NCBI GenBank assembly: GCA_964392435.1
Contig: CAYMOY010000001.1
Location: 77,259 to 141,258, forward strand
Reading direction: 5' to 3'
From: Candidatus Micrarchaeota archaeon
Lineage (GTDB): Archaea; Micrarchaeota; Micrarchaeia; Anstonellales; Anstonellaceae
Length of the DNA: 64,000 nt
Positions 9,870 to 19,097 of the stretch are shown here, piece after piece (position 1 is the first letter of the stretch; every line of letters starts with the position of its first letter). The position numbers and the translations under genes are program-made. The notes below the pieces were generated by a model. That model was not told where the DNA came from and searched no databases. It saw only the letters and a list, made by a program, of their open reading frames with translations.

Positions 9870-10364
9870 GTGATGGAAAAGAAAAAATCAGTCGACGAAA
9901 TCACAGATGAGGCGATAGGGCAGGGGGGCTGCCTCGCAATGGTGTATTTCGACTTGCATGCCCCGACATCGGAAGAGGTAAAAAATGTCATGGTTGGCTT
10001 CATAAGCAGGCTCACCAAGGAGCCTGGCGTGATATACGCAGTCGGTGAGATAGACCAGCCGGCTGAAAAGGACAACCTTTTCTCCACCTGGGCGCAAGTC
10101 AAACTCCTGGCGCGTGATTTTTCCACCCTTGTCCGAGTGTCTTCGCAATATTCGCCGATAGGGGTGGAGATACTCCGCCCCGATGAGGTGCGCATTTCCC
10201 TTGGCGAAGCGCAGGGGATGATTCTTGATGTTTCGCAGACCAGCCTGAATTTCACCCGCATGATAATGGAACGCGTCCTTTCCAAGGAAGAGGCTGAGCA
10301 GTACAAAAAGAAGATGGAGCAGCGTTCCGAGCTTGGCAGGAAGCTTTTGGAGAAAAAACAGTAG
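9870..10364 (+). CDS. Conserved-looking hypothetical protein
   Basis: 164-aa ORF with normal composition, alpha/beta N-terminal part and C-terminal coiled coil; co-oriented with KaiC-like gene and trpS. Confidence 0.75.
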   Translation: MMEKKKSVDEITDEAIGQGGCLAMVYFDLHAPTSEEVKNVMVGFISRLTKEPGVIYAVGEIDQPAEKDNLFSTWAQVKLLARDFSTLVRVSSQYSPIGVEILRPDEVRISLGEAQGMILDVSQTSLNFTRMIMERVLSKEEAEQYKKKMEQRSELGRKLLEKKQ

Positions 10365-10372
10365 GTGCTATT

Positions 10373-11110
10373 ATGGACGTGCCCAGGGTAAAATCCGGCA
10401 TTGCCGGGCTGGACAGGATGCTGGGGGGCGGCCTTCTCAAAAATAGTGTGGTCGCGGTTGCGGGCGGCACAGGTTCTGGAAGGACGGTCTTTGTCTCGCA
10501 GTTTTTGGTGAACGGGGCGATTGAGCAGGAAGAGCCCGGGCTGTTTTTGTCCTTTGACGAGCAGAAAAGCTCGATATACGCCAATCTTGCCTCATTCGGC
10601 TGGGATTTGATGGAGCTTGAGCGCAAGCAGAAAGTGGTCTTCATCGAATACCCCCAAAACGAGCTTTCCGCGTTCGTGGAGCAGGAAGGCGCCCTTCACG
10701 ACCTGATTGAAACCCTTGGCATAAAGCGGGTGGTGGTCGACTCAATAACCCCATACGCACTTTTGTACACCAATCCTGAGGAGAGGCGCACAAACACGTT
10801 GAAGCTGGTTTCCGCGCTGAAGGGGTGGAAGGCGACCTGCATGGTTTCATCTGAGGATGTGCCTGGCTCGGAGCACAGTTTTCCGCATACCGTTTCCGGC
10901 TTGGAGTCGTTCGCAGATGGCTTCATCCATCTGTCTTTTTTGCGCGAGGGGGGCAGGCGCAACAGGGCGGTTGAGGTAATAAAGATGCGCGGCTGCCGCC
11001 ACGAGCATGAAATCCAGCCAGCTTCAATCACTGACAGGGGATTTGTCATCGGCCCTGTGGGCGGGGATAAGAAAGAAGCCCGGAAAAAAAAGCCGTTTCC
11101 CCCCATATGA
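10373..11110 (+). CDS. KaiC/RAD55-family ATPase (single domain)
   Basis: VKSGIAGLDRMLGGG, Walker A variant GGTGSGRT, VVVDS, VIKMRG. Confidence 0.9.
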   Translation: MDVPRVKSGIAGLDRMLGGGLLKNSVVAVAGGTGSGRTVFVSQFLVNGAIEQEEPGLFLSFDEQKSSIYANLASFGWDLMELERKQKVVFIEYPQNELSAFVEQEGALHDLIETLGIKRVVVDSITPYALLYTNPEERRTNTLKLVSALKGWKATCMVSSEDVPGSEHSFPHTVSGLESFADGFIHLSFLREGGRRNRAVEVIKMRGCRHEHEIQPASITDRGFVIGPVGGDKKEARKKKPFPPI

Positions 11111-11122
11111 GGTTTTTGCAAA

Positions 11123-12205
11123 ATGGACAAGATTGACCCGTGGGCATCGGAGCAGTCATTCGACTACTCCAAGCTGTTCGAAGAGTTCGGCATGTCGAAG
11201 ATAAATCCGGAAATTGCCGCCCGGCTTGACTTTTACCTAGCGCGCCGCGGCATACTTTTTGCGCACCGCGAATTGGATTTGTGGCTGAAAGACGCCATGG
11301 AGGGCAAGCAGGTCGCCATAATGTCAGGCATCAAGCCGTCCTCCCAGTTCCATCTTGGCAGCAAGCTCACCGCGGACGAGATGGTCTTCTTCCAGAGGAA
11401 ATTCAAGGCAAAGGTGTTCTATGCAATAGCCGACCTTGAGGCATATGCTGACAACGGGCTTAGCATGGAGCAGACGCACGAGACAGCAATATCCAATCTT
11501 GCCGATTTCCTTGCCCTTGGCCTTGACGAGAAGAACGCATACATATACAAGCAAAGCCAGGAGCGGCGCGTCATGAACATGGCTTACGTCTTTTCCAAGA
11601 GGGCAACGCCAGCAATGCTCAAAGCGATATACGGCGATCGCAACTATTCGCTTTATTTCGCAGCGCTCACGCAAGTGGGGGACATATTGCTCCCGCAGCA
11701 CAAGGATTTCGGGGGCCCAAAGCGCGTCATAGTTCCGGTGGGCGTGGACCAGGATCCGCACATCAGATTCGCACGAGACATAGCATTCAAGGAAAAGCTG
11801 GTGCTGCCCGGGGCAACCTACCACAAGATAATGCGCAGCCTGAAAGGCGAGAGCAAGATGAGCAAGCGAGACCCGGCCACAACATTGTCACTTTCCGATT
11901 CTCCAGAGGTTGCGAAGAAAAAGCTTTCCGCGGTTCTTACTGGGGGCAGGACCACTGCTGTGGAACAGAAGAGTGCTGGCGGGGAAATAGGCAATTGCGT
12001 CTTTCACGAGCTTATGCGCTTCCACTTCATTCAAGACGAAAAAACTCTTGAGAAAATGCGCCTGGATTGCACCGGTGGCAAGGTGCTTTGCGGGGAATGC
12101 AAGGCGCTCTACTCGGAGCATGTGCTTGGCTGGCTTGCGGCCCATCAGGAAAAGAAAAGGAAGCTTCTTCCCAAGGCGAGAAAGATTCTCGAAGATGCAG
12201 TTTGA
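11123..12205 (+). CDS. trpS: Tryptophanyl-tRNA synthetase
   Basis: SGIKPSSQFHLG, PVGVDQDPH, KMSK. Confidence 0.93.
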   Translation: MDKIDPWASEQSFDYSKLFEEFGMSKINPEIAARLDFYLARRGILFAHRELDLWLKDAMEGKQVAIMSGIKPSSQFHLGSKLTADEMVFFQRKFKAKVFYAIADLEAYADNGLSMEQTHETAISNLADFLALGLDEKNAYIYKQSQERRVMNMAYVFSKRATPAMLKAIYGDRNYSLYFAALTQVGDILLPQHKDFGGPKRVIVPVGVDQDPHIRFARDIAFKEKLVLPGATYHKIMRSLKGESKMSKRDPATTLSLSDSPEVAKKKLSAVLTGGRTTAVEQKSAGGEIGNCVFHELMRFHFIQDEKTLEKMRLDCTGGKVLCGECKALYSEHVLGWLAAHQEKKRKLLPKARKILEDAV

Positions 12206-12251
12206 CTTCTTCAGAAAGGGTCTGTAAACCCCAAAACATACGGCACAATTC

Positions 12252-13292
12252 TCAATATTCCATTCCCTTTTTGGCCCTGGCGATGCGCGGCACAAAGGCG
12301 CATGCGACAGAAGCCTCTATCTGCTCGGCGCGGTGCATCATTCCATCTGAGAACCAGCCCAATGCTCCTTGCCTCCAGCCGATTTTCTTTATGCCGGTCA
12401 TTCCCCGCAGCGCCTCTGACAAATCGCTTTTCTTCGCAACTATGCGCCTGACAATCCGCTGGGGCACCACAAAGCCCATGCCGGTTCCGTAGCTTTCCTC
12501 TTTCCCGTCGTAAACGCAGCAGATGGTGATGTCGATGTGCATTCCGCGGCACATGCCTGAGAATAAGCCCGACTCAATGCCAAGCGCGTAGTCGCAACCT
12601 TTTCTTTTTGCAGCGCCGCCTCTTCTTCCCCGCGCATTCCCATTCGCCCGCTTCCAGGCTGCGTGCGCGCGGTTTTTTGCCCCTGCAAAAGTTTCCTCGT
12701 TGAACGGGTGCCTGCAAACGCGCGAGTCCTCGCAATGGTGCGTAATGGCGAATTTTTTCCCAAACACTCTGGCAAGCGCACTTGACGCGCCCTTGAGCTT
12801 GGTGGGGTTGTCGGTTGCCACCTGCACCATCAGGGGCCTTCTTAGTTTCCCTTCCGCGTCAATCTGCCCTTCAAATATCCTCGTGCAGGAAATCTTTCGC
12901 AAATCCTGCCCGTACAAAAGGGGAACGGCGATTATCTCCAGTGCGCGCAGGCCGCGTTTCCTCCTGCGCAAATTTATCCGCTTCGCAGCAGAGGCAGTCT
13001 CCTCGCTTACCACTATGGCATCCAAATCCTGTTCAGAATCCGCCCCGCCAGCCTCATCCTCTATCTTCACAATTCTTGTTTTTCGGGCAAGCCCAATCCT
13101 TTTTAGCGCCGCCTTCAGGCCCGCCAGCCTTTTCGAATAGGGGAGAGAAGGGTATATCTTGTGCCTGCGCACATACTCGTTGCTTGTCAGGCCGATAACC
13201 ACCCGGGTGAATTTCCTGCATTTTGAAAGAAGGCGCAGGTGCCCCTGGTGGACGTATGTGAATGTGCCTCCGAGTATGCAATTGGCTGCCAT
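12252..13292 (-). CDS. Fusion of phosphopantetheine adenylyltransferase and inosine/xanthosine triphosphatase (YjjX-like)
   Basis: GGTFTYVHQGH, AIVVSEET, then ATDNPTK, ETFAGAKNRA, GIESGL; start refined. Confidence 0.88.
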   Translation of the reverse strand: MAANCILGGTFTYVHQGHLRLLSKCRKFTRVVIGLTSNEYVRRHKIYPSLPYSKRLAGLKAALKRIGLARKTRIVKIEDEAGGADSEQDLDAIVVSEETASAAKRINLRRRKRGLRALEIIAVPLLYGQDLRKISCTRIFEGQIDAEGKLRRPLMVQVATDNPTKLKGASSALARVFGKKFAITHHCEDSRVCRHPFNEETFAGAKNRAHAAWKRANGNARGRRGGAAKRKGCDYALGIESGLFSGMCRGMHIDITICCVYDGKEESYGTGMGFVVPQRIVRRIVAKKSDLSEALRGMTGIKKIGWRQGALGWFSDGMMHRAEQIEASVACAFVPRIARAKKGMEY

Positions 13293-13297
13293 GGTTC

Positions 13298-14656
13298 CTA
13301 CCAGGTGTATTTCCTTCCTGAAAGCTCGTAGATGTATGCGACCATGAACACAAATCCGATGAAAATCGGATATACCCAGAGCATGCATAGCAATGGCAGG
13401 ATATGGCGCGGCTTCGGTTCCGTATGGGCTATCTCAAACGACTTTATCAGAAAATAGGCCCAGATTGCAAGCGAAAAAAGCCCCAGTATCCAGGCGGACT
13501 GGAATGTCAAAAGCCCGTTGCCAAGCCCGGCGAAGGTTGCGCTCATGCCTGCGGAAATGTTATATGTGAAAGGGGATATCCAATCGAAGAAATTCCTGCT
13601 CCAGCTCATCAGGGTCCATGCCATGAAAAGCGCGGCGAAGAATCCGCTGCCAAGGGTGGTCGGCAATATGAACAGCCCGAAATCGCCGTATTTTGGGTTG
13701 AAGAACAAGTCTATGTATTTTAGTATGTTCATGACACCGCCGCGGTACCAGCGCAGCCTTTGGCGATACAGCTTGTATATCGTGCCTGGCACATCTGTGA
13801 GGACAGAGGTCTCGTGGCATGCGCGTATCTTGTACCCGTTCTTCTGCATCCTAAGGGCGATTTCCATGTCCTCGGTGAGGTTCTGCTCGTCAAATCCGCC
13901 CAGGTGCTGCAATATGTCCTTGCGGTAAAGCGCGGTCGGGCCTGGCGTTACATACAGCCCGTCTATGCTGGCAATGGTGCGGAAGAAGAACCCGAACGAA
14001 ATCCAATATTCTATCTCCTGTATGCGCTGCAGTATTGTGCGCGGCTTGTTCACGCAGACGAATACCACCACCGAGGCGACTTTCTCATGCTCGTAAAAGT
14101 GCCTGACTGATTTTGAAAGCACGTCTTTGGCGGGATAGGTGTCCGAATCGATGCATGCCACTATTTCCCCCTTGCAGTTCCCTATCGCGTAATTGAGCGC
14201 AGATGCCTTGCCGCGGTTTTTGGTGTTGCGCAGCAGGCTGATGCCTGGGGTTTTCTGAAGCGTTTGATATGACCCGTCGGTGGATCCGTCGTCAATGACA
14301 AGTATGTCAAGCTTCCCCTCATACTCGATTTTTTTGCACGCGTCAATGGCCTCGAATATCGTCTGCTTGGAATTGTATGAAGGGATTATCACGGTCACAT
14401 CAGGCCAGCGCTTGGGGGCGGGCAGATGCGCCTCATCCTTCGCGCCCTCAAGCCACATGATGAGATACGCGCTGAATATGAATATTGACAGTATGGTGTA
14501 CCCGACGAATATTATCCGATATGATATTGAAAGGAAAAGGAACAGGCAAATCGCAATAAGTATCATTCCCAGGATGGCAAGCTCGCGCCTTTCAGGTATG
14601 TATATTGTGGAGCGCTTGAATTCTTTTTCCAGGGGTCTTTCCGCCAAGTGCAACAC
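13298..14656 (-). CDS. Processive GT2 glycosyltransferase with transmembrane helices
   Basis: DDGSTD, GKASALN, DSD, TEDME, QRLRW (QxxRW); hydrophobic helices at both ends. Confidence 0.9.
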   Translation of the reverse strand: MLHLAERPLEKEFKRSTIYIPERRELAILGMILIAICLFLFLSISYRIIFVGYTILSIFIFSAYLIMWLEGAKDEAHLPAPKRWPDVTVIIPSYNSKQTIFEAIDACKKIEYEGKLDILVIDDGSTDGSYQTLQKTPGISLLRNTKNRGKASALNYAIGNCKGEIVACIDSDTYPAKDVLSKSVRHFYEHEKVASVVVFVCVNKPRTILQRIQEIEYWISFGFFFRTIASIDGLYVTPGPTALYRKDILQHLGGFDEQNLTEDMEIALRMQKNGYKIRACHETSVLTDVPGTIYKLYRQRLRWYRGGVMNILKYIDLFFNPKYGDFGLFILPTTLGSGFFAALFMAWTLMSWSRNFFDWISPFTYNISAGMSATFAGLGNGLLTFQSAWILGLFSLAIWAYFLIKSFEIAHTEPKPRHILPLLCMLWVYPIFIGFVFMVAYIYELSGRKYTW

Positions 14657-14660
14657 CAGG

Positions 14661-15311
14661 CTAATTCTTGCTCAGGTGGGTTGCCACCCCATTCTCATCA
14701 GTCAGCCCCAAAAGCACATCCTTGTTGTTTATCACAAGGGCAGGCACCTGCGAAATGCCGTGGCGCTTCACAAACACATCGATGAACTGCAGATTGGTGT
14801 CATAGGGGAAGGCGAACACCCGCAGATTCGGTCTTGTCCTGCGCAGGTTGTCCAGCACCCCGCCCTGCGCCCGGCATTCCGGGCAGTCCTCTTTGATTTT
14901 GTAAAAGAAAAGGACGGTGTCATAAGGCGTGGTTCCGCAATATGTCTCGGCTGCGCGTATGTTGAGGTAAAGACCCATGTTCGAAAGGTAATATTGATTC
15001 CTTATTTTGTCATAATTCGCATCAGCCAGGTTGCTTTGCTCATAATACCTTATCTTTTCGGATAGTGCGTAAGCCTGGGAAGCCTTGGTCTGCGCAGAAG
15101 AATCCAGGTAGATGCATATTTCATCCGTGTCGTTGGACATCAGCTGCGAGTATGTGAAAAGCATGCGTTCGGCTTCGGACTGGAATAAGAGCCCCTCCAC
15201 CTCGGAACGAATTTCATTCGCCCTCATGGCATCAAGCTGGCTTATGAAAAAAAATCCAAGCGACACTATTGCTGCTGTCAAAAGCGCTGCTTTCAGGTAA
15301 GGACTTGCCAT
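14661..15311 (-). CDS. Membrane-anchored protein with C-terminal thioredoxin-like domain
   Basis: N-terminal hydrophobic helix; FFYKIKEDCPEC; QVPALVIN. Confidence 0.7.
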   Translation of the reverse strand: MASPYLKAALLTAAIVSLGFFFISQLDAMRANEIRSEVEGLLFQSEAERMLFTYSQLMSNDTDEICIYLDSSAQTKASQAYALSEKIRYYEQSNLADANYDKIRNQYYLSNMGLYLNIRAAETYCGTTPYDTVLFFYKIKEDCPECRAQGGVLDNLRRTRPNLRVFAFPYDTNLQFIDVFVKRHGISQVPALVINNKDVLLGLTDENGVATHLSKN

Positions 15312-15339
15312 AAGATTACCTTTCTGTGGAAAGGGTTAA

Positions 15340-16782
15340 TTAGCTGTGGCTTCCGCCTTTGCTATCTTCCCACATCCTGCGGATAAGGGAGCGCAGCTCC
15401 TCGCGCTTGCGTTCAAACTCGTTTTCCTCTTCTTGGGATAGTTTGACTTTTTCCACAAAAGATGGGGATTCGCCATCCGCCGCTCCGGAAATCCGCCCAG
15501 GTGCTGTTCCTTCTGGCTTTATTATCTCGAATTCCTTTATCAGCACCCTGACCCTCTGCTCAAGCAATGACTGTTCTCGCTTCAGCTCAGCAAGCAGGAA
15601 AGATGCCTTTTGCAGCTCGTTTTTGGGGATTCCTGCCTGGCCGCCTTCCTTGATTATCTCAAGGGCGGCCATCTGCGAACTTATAACCCGGCCAATCTCC
15701 TTTTGCTTGGAAAGCAGCGCCTCGTTTGCGCGGCTGACCTCATCTGCTATGTCAACATATTCGTTTTTCAGCTGCTCTAGCGTTTCAAGGCTCTTTCCCT
15801 GCTTTTGCGCGGTTGCCTCAAAGGCGGCCTGCTGCTTTTTGACTGCCTGCAAGGCTTCCTGGAGCTGGGACGCCACCGCGGTCTTTTGCCTTTTTGCATC
15901 CTCCTCCATCTTGGCAAGCTCCGCAAGCTGCCTCTTTCCAATTGAGCCTTCCTTGCCGGTGATTGATGCGAACTGGCCGCGCAGCTGCTCAATTTTCTGC
16001 TCAAGCTCCTTTTGTTCTTCCGAAACGGCTTCTATAGCCCCTGCAAGCTCTGTTTTCAGGTCGTCTATTTTCTCAAGCTGGTCCTTCATTTCATCTATGT
16101 CTTTCTGATATTCGCCGCTTTCCACATTTCGGCGCATCTGTTCGGATCTTGCTTCAAATGCCCCGAACAGGTCCTCGTTTTCGGAAAGCTGCTCTTTCAG
16201 GGCGGATTCGAATTTCTCCAAAAGCTCAATCTCGCCCATGAGGTCTCTTGCACCCTTTTTTCCAGCCCCCTGCGACAGCCCGCTCTTTGAGCCGAATGTC
16301 TCGACTTTTTTCTTGAGCTTTTCCAGCTTCCTGGCAGCCTGGCTGACCGCTTCTTCCTGTTCTTCTGAAAGCCGGGCAATCTCATCTTTGAGCCTCTGGA
16401 TGTCCTGCGGCGCCATAGCGGCCGCATTCTGGGCGCTTGCTATCTCGGCTTGCATCTCTGAGAGGTCCTGCTCGCCTTTTTCCACCTTGGAGAGCAGCAT
16501 TTCCAGCTCCTGCTTGGTCTGGCCCGCCTTTGCCTGTAGCTTTTCGCTTTTTTTAGCCAGATATTCCGGGCTTTGGGCCTTCCAGGCAAGATAAACCTTA
16601 GTCAGCTTGTATTCCACATTGATGAGCCCTTCCTCCTCTAGCACATGGGCCCAGTCCTCAACTGTGCGCAGAGGCAGGGAAAGCTCGCGGGCAGCCTGCC
16701 CCATCTCAATCTTTCCCCGCTCCCGCAAAAGCTTTATCAACTGGTCCACTCCAGTCGAAATAAGAAGATCATCAAGACCCAT
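15340..16782 (-). CDS. N-terminal winged-helix plus long coiled-coil protein
   Basis: GQAARELSLPLRTVEDWAHVLEEEGLI followed by about 350 aa of E/K/Q-rich heptads. Confidence 0.8.
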   Translation of the reverse strand: MGLDDLLISTGVDQLIKLLRERGKIEMGQAARELSLPLRTVEDWAHVLEEEGLINVEYKLTKVYLAWKAQSPEYLAKKSEKLQAKAGQTKQELEMLLSKVEKGEQDLSEMQAEIASAQNAAAMAPQDIQRLKDEIARLSEEQEEAVSQAARKLEKLKKKVETFGSKSGLSQGAGKKGARDLMGEIELLEKFESALKEQLSENEDLFGAFEARSEQMRRNVESGEYQKDIDEMKDQLEKIDDLKTELAGAIEAVSEEQKELEQKIEQLRGQFASITGKEGSIGKRQLAELAKMEEDAKRQKTAVASQLQEALQAVKKQQAAFEATAQKQGKSLETLEQLKNEYVDIADEVSRANEALLSKQKEIGRVISSQMAALEIIKEGGQAGIPKNELQKASFLLAELKREQSLLEQRVRVLIKEFEIIKPEGTAPGRISGAADGESPSFVEKVKLSQEEENEFERKREELRSLIRRMWEDSKGGSHS

Positions 16783-16881
16783 ATGTTTTCCGATGCAAAT
16801 CCAATCCTTATAAAGATTTGTGCGGAAGTCCTATTCTGCAGCAAGGCGATAAATCCGCCTTTTTTCCGCGCGGGGTTTTCC

Positions 16882-18093
16882 ATGGCAGGCTCAGATTTTG
16901 ACATCAAGCTGAAACGCGAGGCGCAGACCTCCCTCCAGGTTTTCAAGGACCAGTCATTGCTGCGCAGGAAATTCGGCGAGGAAGCGGTTAAGCTGTACAA
17001 CCTTATCGACAGCGGCAAAACTGCCCAAGAAATGATTGCACAGCTTGGGATGTCTGAGGAGCAGTTCATAGGCATCCTGGAATTCATGAACAACAATGCA
17101 ATGGTCAGCGTCATTCCTTCGGATTCAGCATCTCCAGAACCAAGGGGAGGCAGCCAGCTGCCATCGGATGCCAAAGGGCCCGCCGGGGCTGGAGAGGACA
17201 ACGAGCCGGATGAGAAGATGGACTCGGATTCGCTCTCCCCTCTGGAAAAGATACTCAACGACAATTACGGGGCGCTGGGGGTCCGCGTATACGGTTTGAT
17301 AGATGGGGAGAAAACCGCCGAGGAAATACTTCGGGAAACCGGAGTATCCGAGGCAAAGCTGGTTGAGATTCTCGAGTTCATGGACGAGCAGGGCATCATC
17401 AAACTCGAAAAGCCAAGTGAGAAAAGCGGCGCGAAAGATGGTTCGGATGATGCGGAAGATGGTTCGGACGCTAAAAAGGACGAGGAGGCTGCCCGCGAGC
17501 CGCGCTTCAAGCCCATGATAGAGGAAGAACCTGAGGAAAAGCCTTTCGAGCTCCCCAAGATCCCCGAAAAGCCCCAGCAACCTGAGAAGAAAAAGGAGGA
17601 AGAGCCGGATGAGGACATAATAATGGTCGATGTTCCCGCCATGGCAAAGCTCACACTTATGCAAAAGGCAGTAATTTTGACCGAGCTTTCCACCAAGTTC
17701 GGCAAAGGCGCGCGTGAGCTCGTGGATTTGGTCGACGGAAATCGGGATTTCGTTGAGCTTTCGCTTTCAACAAGGATGTCGTTTTTCGACATTGATTCGA
17801 TTATGGCTTATTTCGGGAAGAAAGGATTCTTCACTTTCCGTGTGCTTTCCAGGGAAGAGATAAAGAAGAAATATGGCGAAGATGGTTTTGCAATATACAA
17901 GCGTTATGGCAGGGATGGGCTGCTCCTGTATGAAATGATAGGCAAAGAAGCCTCGTTGAAGGACATAATAGCAAAAAGCAAGGTGGATGCCGACAGGGCA
18001 ATAGAGATATTCGTGTTCATCCACAAGGTTCTTGGGCTTGACATCCCGCTCGACCGAGACATCATCTATCGGCAGCTGGGATTGAAAAAATGA
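16882..18093 (+). CDS. Protein with four winged-helix-like repeats and acidic linkers
   Basis: Repeats (K/Y)xG..(Y)xLIDGxKTAxE...ILEFM; start refined to MAGSDFDIK. Confidence 0.8.
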   Translation: MAGSDFDIKLKREAQTSLQVFKDQSLLRRKFGEEAVKLYNLIDSGKTAQEMIAQLGMSEEQFIGILEFMNNNAMVSVIPSDSASPEPRGGSQLPSDAKGPAGAGEDNEPDEKMDSDSLSPLEKILNDNYGALGVRVYGLIDGEKTAEEILRETGVSEAKLVEILEFMDEQGIIKLEKPSEKSGAKDGSDDAEDGSDAKKDEEAAREPRFKPMIEEEPEEKPFELPKIPEKPQQPEKKKEEEPDEDIIMVDVPAMAKLTLMQKAVILTELSTKFGKGARELVDLVDGNRDFVELSLSTRMSFFDIDSIMAYFGKKGFFTFRVLSREEIKKKYGEDGFAIYKRYGRDGLLLYEMIGKEASLKDIIAKSKVDADRAIEIFVFIHKVLGLDIPLDRDIIYRQLGLKK

Positions 18094-18130
18094 CGGGGGG
18101 CAGGTCAGCTGGGAAAATCACCGCCCAGTT

Positions 18131-18565
18131 TCAGTTTCTTATCCTGGAAAGCGCCATCGCCTCAATCGCAAGTTCAGCTTCGCTGTAGCCGCCCTTTTTT
18201 TCCCCCCACTCTGATAGTGCAAGCGATTGGGCGCATGTCAGCTTCAGCTTCGCCTTCAGTCTGGCTATGGGAACCCTCCCCGGGCAAACAAGCACAAAGT
18301 CGTCCGGGCTTGCAGCCCCGACTTTTCTTGTGGCGGAGGAAAAGTTCACCTCTCGCGACAAGAACAGCAAAGCCTCGTTTGCTAGCTTTGGAGACAAATT
18401 GCCCCCCGAGGCGAAAGATTCCCGCGCCAGGCGGAAACACGCTTCCAATTCCTTTTCTGTCCTGGCGGCGGAAGGGGAGATCAGAAGCAAATCCCCTATG
18501 GAGGAGGAAAGCCCTACCAGCTCTTGCATGCTTTTTGCCGCTGATGAGCATCTTAGGACCATCAT
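18131..18565 (-). CDS. cgi121: KEOPS subunit Cgi121
   Basis: ARESFASGGNLSPKLANEALLFLS...VGA; about 144 aa; start refined. Confidence 0.7.
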   Translation of the reverse strand: MMVLRCSSAAKSMQELVGLSSSIGDLLLISPSAARTEKELEACFRLARESFASGGNLSPKLANEALLFLSREVNFSSATRKVGAASPDDFVLVCPGRVPIARLKAKLKLTCAQSLALSEWGEKKGGYSEAELAIEAMALSRIRN

Positions 18566-18646
18566 GTCATCATCGTCTGGTGGAACATTTAAAAACACAA
18601 GCCAGAAAATAGAGCCTGCATTCGTTATTCTTAAGGAGGTTATGCG

Positions 18647-19030
18647 ATGGAGAACTATCACGGGGCATCAGGCTCAACAATCAAGGGTACGGGGGGCAAG
18701 CGCGGTCACGCCGGAGACAAGAAGCTGCGATTGGTTGGCGGAACTTTCACTGCGACCAAGATTGGCAAGGAAGACATGCGCCGCGTCAAGCACAAGCGCG
18801 GCAATGTGCGGAAGATAAAGCTCAAGACGGCGAAATTCGTAAATGTCCTCACGAAGGGGGGCAAGATGCAGAAAGTGGCAATGAGGACTGTTCTTGAGAC
18901 TCCGGACAACCGCCACCACGCGCGTCAGAATATCGTTACAAAAGGCGCAATCGTAGACACTGAAATCGGCAAGGTGAAAGTCACCAACCGTGTCGGGCAG
19001 GACGGCGTGGTGAACGCCAAGCTACTGTAA
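18647..19030 (+). CDS. rps8e: 30S ribosomal protein S8e
   Basis: GTGGKR, RHHARQNIVTKGAIVDTEIG, VTNRVGQDGVVNA. Confidence 0.97.
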   Translation: MENYHGASGSTIKGTGGKRGHAGDKKLRLVGGTFTATKIGKEDMRRVKHKRGNVRKIKLKTAKFVNVLTKGGKMQKVAMRTVLETPDNRHHARQNIVTKGAIVDTEIGKVKVTNRVGQDGVVNAKLL

Positions 19031-19034
19031 GGGA

Positions 19035-19097
19035 ATGAAGTTCACCACAAGTTGCGCGCATCAGCGCAACTGCGTCGTCAACGCGAAGCTGCTGTAA
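19035..19097 (+). other. Degenerate duplicate of the rps8e 3' end, or a 20-aa sORF
   Basis: MKFTTSCAHQRNCVVNAKLL* versus eS8 tail VKVTNRVGQDGVVNAKLL*. Confidence 0.7.

Noticed and set aside
18974-19097. DGR VR/TR pair or stop-codon readthrough at rps8e
   Set aside because: Substitutions are mostly G/C rather than at A; the copy is out of frame with eS8
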